DNA of 64,000 nucleotides from Vermiphilus pyriformis (GTDB lineage Bacteria; Babelota; Babeliae; Babelales; Vermiphilaceae): NCBI GenBank assembly GCA_022559525.1, contig CP074345.1, positions 570,267 to 634,266 of the forward strand, read 5' to 3'. Shown piece by piece: positions 58,569 to 64,000 of this stretch (position 1 is its first letter; each line of letters starts with the position of its first letter). The notes under the pieces were generated by a model. It saw only the letters and a program-made list of their open reading frames with translations, ran no database searches and was not told where the DNA came from. The position numbers and the translations under genes were made by a program.

Positions 58569-59678
58569 TTACTGTTTATCCCGTGCCTGATAATATGCAA
58601 GGCGCGCTTGTAAATAATCTTCAATATATTTCAAGCGCTGAATAAATGCAGGATTTTTAGTATAATTTTGATACCATTCAGGATGCTCGGTTTTAAAGAC
58701 ATCCACTAATTTTTTAAACTCTTCAAGTTCTTTTTGATAACTTCGATATGTCAATAATAAAAAACTAGGCAATTGTTTTTTATAAGCAGTAGTTACTTGT
58801 TCATAAAGTATGTTTAATTGATTGAATAACTCATCAAATAAGGTTTTTTGATTATAACGAGCGTTTACATTTGCCCCTGCGCGCAGGAGGGAACGTACCA
58901 TTTCATACTTTCCTTTTTCGGTTGCCTGCCAGAGTAAAGGACTTGTTTGAGCGTTACCAAAGTTGGCATCTAATCCTGCAGATAGTAAGTTTTCCAAGGT
59001 GCTCACCAGTAGTTCATAGGACAATATTGTTGTTGAATAAATATTGTTTTTACTGCGATGTAATAATATTCGAATTAAATTTTCAGAATCAAGCTGATTC
59101 AGGCAATATGTTAAATATACGAGTGAGCTTTGTTGATACATCACGGGTGAAGTTTGAAGAATACTTCTTGTGTAGTTTATCCATGGCCCTGCGCCCAGAA
59201 GTGCACTGAGGAACGGAAGTGGGAAGTATGCCAACTGCAGGGAATTTAAACTTGCGGGTATATTGTAGTCAGTTTCCAGTTTTTTTTGAGTTGCAATAAG
59301 CTCTGTAATAGTAACTGTTCTGACACGCAAGCGTTTGTGCAAATTTTCAGTAAGGGTTGGTATATATGAATTTTTAATAATAGGTGGAATGATTTTAGCA
59401 AAAGCTTTATTAACTGTAGTTTGTTGAAAAAGAGAGCGTAAATAGCGTGTATTTTCTTCTTGTAAGAGTATGAGGTTTGAATAGTGCGCGTTTACTAGTT
59501 TGTCGGCTATCTGCGTAGAATCTATCTTAAAGGTATAAATTTCTTGCCATAACTCAACTGGAAGTTGTTGAGATGATATTTCAGCTGTTATGCACTCTAG
59601 TGCGACTGTACTTAATATCATTATTCTCAAGAGAAGAGTATAAAATATTTTTTTGCCATTATTCATAGTTATTGCCAT
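58569..59678 (-). CDS. signal-anchored protein with an LPVELW (F-box-like) motif and C-terminal ankyrin repeat(s)
   Basis: Hydrophobic N-terminus, QQLPVELWQEIYTF, the ANK unit TSPLLWQATEKGKYEMVRSLLRAGANVNA, and a C-terminal HPEWY motif shared with the next gene. Confidence 0.6.
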   Translation of the reverse strand: MAITMNNGKKIFYTLLLRIMILSTVALECITAEISSQQLPVELWQEIYTFKIDSTQIADKLVNAHYSNLILLQEENTRYLRSLFQQTTVNKAFAKIIPPIIKNSYIPTLTENLHKRLRVRTVTITELIATQKKLETDYNIPASLNSLQLAYFPLPFLSALLGAGPWINYTRSILQTSPVMYQQSSLVYLTYCLNQLDSENLIRILLHRSKNNIYSTTILSYELLVSTLENLLSAGLDANFGNAQTSPLLWQATEKGKYEMVRSLLRAGANVNARYNQKTLFDELFNQLNILYEQVTTAYKKQLPSFLLLTYRSYQKELEEFKKLVDVFKTEHPEWYQNYTKNPAFIQRLKYIEDYLQARLAYYQARDKQ

Positions 59679-59791
59679 ATTTTAAGATAAAAATCTTGCC
59701 GAGATTACGTATTGTATATATTAGTATAGCAAATATGCGTGTTTTATTTCAACAAGAACTATAAATATTATAATTTAGATTTAAAATGAGC

Positions 59792-60973
59792 TTAGTGTTT
59801 GGATGTTGTATCAGGTAGGCTTTCAATCTTCAATATTATATTTTCTAAATAAGCTTTTAAATTAGGATATCCTGCTTCTGAGACTGCTTGCTGGTTATAC
59901 CATTCCGGATCCTGAGCGATTAGGTCTTGAAGAAGAACGGCGTAATGGTTTAATTTTATCTTATTTGCAGTTTCTGAGATATCATTGATTATTCGATTAA
60001 TAACATACAAGCGTGTTGTATTAGGAATAATTTCTTGAGGCAAAACATACCCATGGTCAATGATAATCCGAGCTATACTAGGCGCGCGGTTTACAAGTGC
60101 TGTCTCGAACAAAAAAGCTTGCATTTCATAAGTAAAACAATTTAAAGAAAGCAAACGATCGAGAACTTGTGCCAGTTCAGATTTTTTAATAATATAGCGT
60201 TTTGATGCAGTTGTCTTATTGCCATTAGAGCTTAAGTTTTTAATAATACTCTCTCGTGATGGATGAGGTAATTCAAAATTGCCTATCGCATAATTTTCTT
60301 TATCAATTAATAAATTGATTTGTATAGCATCGTGTTGTTTATATTGTGCGAGTAAAAAAGTAATATATGCAAGTACGTGTCCAATAGAGGAAGTTTTTTC
60401 GCCATTTTGCATCTTTGTAACGTACTCTTGTAGTGTTTTTTTATACACAGGAGCTTTAAGAAGAGGCCATAGGAATAGAACAGGCATACGAGAAAATGAC
60501 TTCCATGAGGGTAGTGTAATTTGCTCAGCAGGTATCTGATTTTTTATCAATGCTTGAATATTACTATATACCAAAGCATACGTTTCATTATCACTATCCT
60601 TGAGTGCTTTTTCATCAAGCTGTATAGTTCTACAGATTCTTTCCAGTGCTTTGGAAATTGTGCGCGTAGTTGCAAATGAATGAACACTGGGTTTCAATTC
60701 TTTTTCGATATTTTTGTCTAACCGCATTAATTCAAGTTCATTGGTTATAATTTTTTGAAATCTTTCTATAAGCGAACTTATGCTTTTATAAGCATTGTGA
60801 GGTATTTCCCATAGCTGGCCAGAGCTGGTGTATGTTGCAATATGTCTTTTAATTTCACCAGGTAAATCTTTAAAACTGTACGTATATAAGCCCATTTCTG
60901 CTGCTTGTATATTTAAAAAACACAAAATACCTACATATATGTAGAAATATATCTTTACCCATTTATTTAACAT
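59792..60973 (-). CDS. paralog of 58569..59678 (signal-anchor, LPGEI motif, ankyrin-like C-terminal region)
   Basis: Hydrophobic N-terminus, KDLPGEIKRHIATY, ANK-like ALVNRAPSIARIIIDHGYVLP, and a C-terminal DPEWY. Confidence 0.55.
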   Translation of the reverse strand: MLNKWVKIYFYIYVGILCFLNIQAAEMGLYTYSFKDLPGEIKRHIATYTSSGQLWEIPHNAYKSISSLIERFQKIITNELELMRLDKNIEKELKPSVHSFATTRTISKALERICRTIQLDEKALKDSDNETYALVYSNIQALIKNQIPAEQITLPSWKSFSRMPVLFLWPLLKAPVYKKTLQEYVTKMQNGEKTSSIGHVLAYITFLLAQYKQHDAIQINLLIDKENYAIGNFELPHPSRESIIKNLSSNGNKTTASKRYIIKKSELAQVLDRLLSLNCFTYEMQAFLFETALVNRAPSIARIIIDHGYVLPQEIIPNTTRLYVINRIINDISETANKIKLNHYAVLLQDLIAQDPEWYNQQAVSEAGYPNLKAYLENIILKIESLPDTTSKH

Positions 60974-61239
60974 TGCATTACCTGGCTATCGTAATAAGCG
61001 TGTTTATAATTATAGAAATAGTCTATTGATCCAACGAGCATCTCTGATTTTACAATCAAAGGGCTATGTCAACTATAAGTGTATAGCAAGTATCATTAGA
61101 AATTCAATTATTTTTATAATAAGCAATTTGAGACATATTAATTATTTTTTTTAGTAAATAGTTGAATTAAAAATAAATTATGTAGTAGTTTTTGACTAAT
61201 GGTTTAATAAGGTATGCTATCAAGGGAAAAGGGTGGGAA

Positions 61240-61686
61240 ATGAAAAAAACTATTATATTTTTGAGTATGTTTGTGAGTATTGATATATTACATGCAGCCG
61301 ATCAAATGAGTAATATCTTTAAGCAAAGTTTGCCAATACTGTATCCAATTCTTAAGCACGATCAAGAAACAAGTAATCAAAATTTATTTGAATTTTATAT
61401 TGATGGTAAAAAAATTACTGACAAATCAGTTATTGAAAAGTTATACCCACGAACTCCTCAGAGCCTTGATGATGCGGCAACACCTGAAGGGTTTAAAATA
61501 AAAATTAATCTCGATGCGGTAGTAAAAGCAGCGCCACAACTTAAGCAACCCACTTCTTCGACGTGGGTAAGCAGGCTTTTAAACTATAAAATATTGCTAC
61601 CAAGCGCCCTAGTATGCACTTGTGTTGTAGCTTGGATGTGGATAAAAAAGCATCTTCAGCAAGCTGATATACCTTTTGCTTATTAA
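61240..61686 (+). CDS. hypothetical protein with a signal peptide and a C-terminal TM anchor
   Basis: The ATG at 61240 gives MKKTIIFLSMFVSIDILHA (track ORF starts at 61192). The C-terminal segment LLPSALVCTCVVAWMWI is hydrophobic. Confidence 0.45.
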   Translation: MKKTIIFLSMFVSIDILHAADQMSNIFKQSLPILYPILKHDQETSNQNLFEFYIDGKKITDKSVIEKLYPRTPQSLDDAATPEGFKIKINLDAVVKAAPQLKQPTSSTWVSRLLNYKILLPSALVCTCVVAWMWIKKHLQQADIPFAY

Positions 61687-61697
61687 AAAATGATTAC

Positions 61698-62177
61698 TTA
61701 ACCATACTTATCTTTATGGATACGTTTATATTCTAAGTAATGAACATCATTGATTGCTTTTTGATAATACTTCCAAAAAATATCTGCAGATTTCTGCTTT
61801 TCAGGATCGAACGTTTCAGGCAGTTCTTTTTTATTTTCTTTGTCTTGTAAGGAGCCATATTTTTTACCGCTCTTATGTCGCGCATACCGGCGTGAGCGAG
61901 TATAACCCATCTGCAGATATTTACGAGCCATATCCATGCCTACAAAATCATGTGCATCTTTATAGGCAAGAAACATTTTATAAATCATCTGTGCAGAAAT
62001 ATTTGCTTCGATTGCTGTCTTAAATTTCCAATGGGGTAAAATTTCTGATTTATATGGTTCTACAATTAATACTCCTTGTTCGCCCTTTGCTATTTTATAC
62101 AGTTCAGGGTGTGCTCGATAGTCAATATCAGCAGAAGCGTAATTATATTTTTTGTTCATAAGTACTTTGGTTACCAC
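61698..62177 (-). CDS. DUF4385-family protein
   Basis: YRAHPELYKIAKGEQGVLIVEPYKSEILPHWKFKT and DFVGMDMARKYLQMGYTRSRRYA match my recollection of the conserved DUF4385 core. Confidence 0.65.
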   Translation of the reverse strand: MVTKVLMNKKYNYASADIDYRAHPELYKIAKGEQGVLIVEPYKSEILPHWKFKTAIEANISAQMIYKMFLAYKDAHDFVGMDMARKYLQMGYTRSRRYARHKSGKKYGSLQDKENKKELPETFDPEKQKSADIFWKYYQKAINDVHYLEYKRIHKDKYG

Positions 62178-62286
62178 TACAGTATCGTCAAGATGTGATA
62201 TAATAAACTAGTACTATGTTAAATATTACACAAGTTGCAAGGATGTATAGCATCTTTAAGGCAGGTATTGCCATAAAAGGAACCGT

Positions 62287-63540
62287 ATGATATCAGATAC
62301 TTTGCTCGCAATCGATCCTGTTATTGCACATCTTATAAATCAAGAGCGTGATCGCCAAGAGCACGAAATTGATTTAATAGCCTCTGAAAATTATGCAAGT
62401 GATGCAGTATTACAAGCTACCGGATCGGTGTTGACTAATAAGTATGCTGAAGGATATCCAGGCAAAAGGTATTATGGAGGATGTGGGGTAATTGATGTAG
62501 TTGAGCGTATTGCAATTGAGCGTGCTCAAAGATTATTTAATGCAGAATACGTCAATGTGCAACCTCATTCAGGCTCTTCTGCCAATACTGCGGTATTTCT
62601 TGCTCTTCTCAATCCTGGTGATACTATCATGGGCATGAGCTTGTCAGAAGGTGGCCATCTGACTCATGGGCATCCGGTTAATATCTCGGGAAAAGTATAT
62701 AAAAGTATTCAATATGGAGTTGATAAATACACCCATACACTCAATTACGATATGATCGAAGCGTTAGCGCAAGAGCATAAGCCACGCTTAATTATTGCAG
62801 GAGCTTCAGCGTATTGTCGGACAATAGATTTTGAACGGTTTGCACAGATAGCCCGCTCGGTAAACGCATATTTTATGGCTGACATTGCTCATATTGCAGG
62901 CTTGATTGCAGCGGGTCTTCACCCAAGCCCTGTTTCTTATGCGGATGTAGTCACTACCACAACTCATAAAACATTGCGTGGTCCGCGCGGCGGTATGATT
63001 ATGGCAAAAGCTGCTCATGCACAGGCGCTTGATCGAGCTATTATGCCGGGCAGCCAAGGTGGGCCACTTATGCATGTTATTGCAGCGAAGGCTGTTGCAT
63101 TTGAGCAAGCACTGAACCCTTCATTTGCGTTGTATCAACGTATGATAGTAGCCAATGCTCAAGCACTTGCGTATGAACTTTCTTTAAAGGGTTATAATAT
63201 TGTAACTGGAGGCACAGACACACATTTATTTGTTGTCGATTTAACCTCTCAGAATATTACGGGCAAAGATGCTGAAAAAGCACTTGAAATGGCCGGTATT
63301 GCAGTAAGCAAAAGTTGTATACCATTCGATGTTCAAAAACCACATATTACCAGTGGTATACGTATTGGAACGCCTGCAATCACTACACGAGGAATGCTGC
63401 CTGAGCATGCATCTATAATCGCAGGGCTTATTGATCAAGTACTTAAAGATTTGAACAATCCTAATAATTTAGAAAGTGTAAAGCACATAGTAAAAGAATG
63501 GTGCTTACAGCATCCTATTTACACTCAACGCAAGATATAA
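62287..63540 (+). CDS. glyA: serine hydroxymethyltransferase
   Basis: LIASENY, YAEGYPGKRYYGGC and the PLP-lysine context TTTTHKTLRGPRGG. Confidence 0.97.
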   Translation: MISDTLLAIDPVIAHLINQERDRQEHEIDLIASENYASDAVLQATGSVLTNKYAEGYPGKRYYGGCGVIDVVERIAIERAQRLFNAEYVNVQPHSGSSANTAVFLALLNPGDTIMGMSLSEGGHLTHGHPVNISGKVYKSIQYGVDKYTHTLNYDMIEALAQEHKPRLIIAGASAYCRTIDFERFAQIARSVNAYFMADIAHIAGLIAAGLHPSPVSYADVVTTTTHKTLRGPRGGMIMAKAAHAQALDRAIMPGSQGGPLMHVIAAKAVAFEQALNPSFALYQRMIVANAQALAYELSLKGYNIVTGGTDTHLFVVDLTSQNITGKDAEKALEMAGIAVSKSCIPFDVQKPHITSGIRIGTPAITTRGMLPEHASIIAGLIDQVLKDLNNPNNLESVKHIVKEWCLQHPIYTQRKI

Positions 63541-64000
63541 TTACAATTTTTTTTGAGAACAAAAATTTACTTGAAGGGTGCTGATTAAATTGTACGCTTC
63601 AATTGCTCTTGGCGTGTGTTGAGAAATATTAACAAGATCAAACATACTTTTATAACTTTCAAGAAGAGTATTTATTTGATCGTTAATAATTATTTTTGAT
63701 GGCGCATCACTTTGCAAGTAAGTTGTTATGCGCCGTTCCAAGCCTCTAATATTGATAATTACATTGTATAAAAATTTTTCATAATCTATTATGTCGGGTA
63801 TATACCCATCATGTAATAGAGCTTCTGCTACTAAGGGAAAATTACACTCCACAGAATAGTCAAACAAGATTTGTTTATTGATATTGCTAATAGATTTGTA
63901 AGAAAGACTGATAAGGGCATGTCTGAGGCTTTCATACCATATATGATATGATTTAGTTATAAAATCATTTTCTGCTTTAAAGATAAAAGCAGTGGTTTGT
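63541..64000 (-). CDS. C-terminal part of another paralog of the 59792 family (N-terminus outside the window)
   Basis: The frame is open from the track ORF (63541..63867) up to base 64000. FPLVAEALLHDGYIPD parallels SIARIIIDHGYVLP of 59792..60973. Confidence 0.5.
   Translation of the reverse strand, partial: QTTAFIFKAENDFITKSYHIWYESLRHALISLSYKSISNINKQILFDYSVECNFPLVAEALLHDGYIPDIIDYEKFLYNVIINIRGLERRITTYLQSDAPSKIIINDQINTLLESYKSMFDLVNISQHTPRAIEAYNLISTLQVNFCSQKKL

Overview
AT-rich bacterial chromosomal window with about 60 protein-coding genes. I recognised no rRNA, tRNA, CRISPR array, transposase or integrase. Conserved housekeeping genes are present: lon 3' end, atpD-atpC, argR plus an amino-acid ABC transporter, a short uvrC, clpB, tpiA, secG, mlaE/mlaF, dcd, aspS, nfo, nusA-infB, a family-4 UDG, an M16 peptidase, a photolyase and glyA. 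These are interleaved with many lineage-specific secreted or membrane proteins and eukaryote-like proteins (ankyrin repeats, a RING-type zinc finger, F-box-like N-termini). That mix is typical of host-associated or intracellular bacteria, but the taxon cannot be fixed from this window. Main observations: (1) Eleven TTATCCACC DnaA boxes lie within 336 bp, next to a pure A/T stretch between nusA and the UDG gene; this is a candidate oriC that is not next to dnaA in this window. (2) A compact secretin module (PDZ GspC-like, secretin, GspL/PilM-like, GspM/PilO-like, second secretin) has no ATPase, platform or pseudopilin genes in cis. (3) One ankyrin protein carries a RING-like domain, and a paralogous family combines a signal-anchor, an LPxE[LI] motif and ankyrin-like repeats. 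(4) atpD-atpC lacks atpG upstream, epsilon is truncated, and the atpC stop overlaps the start of a HerA/DUF87-like ATPase. (5) At least six genes are broken by frameshifts, mostly at short homopolymers, which indicates either indel-prone sequencing or gene decay. Coordinates of ORF-track genes follow the track. Coordinates of motifs and hairpins were counted by eye and may be off by a base or two, and homopolymer lengths in particular are uncertain.
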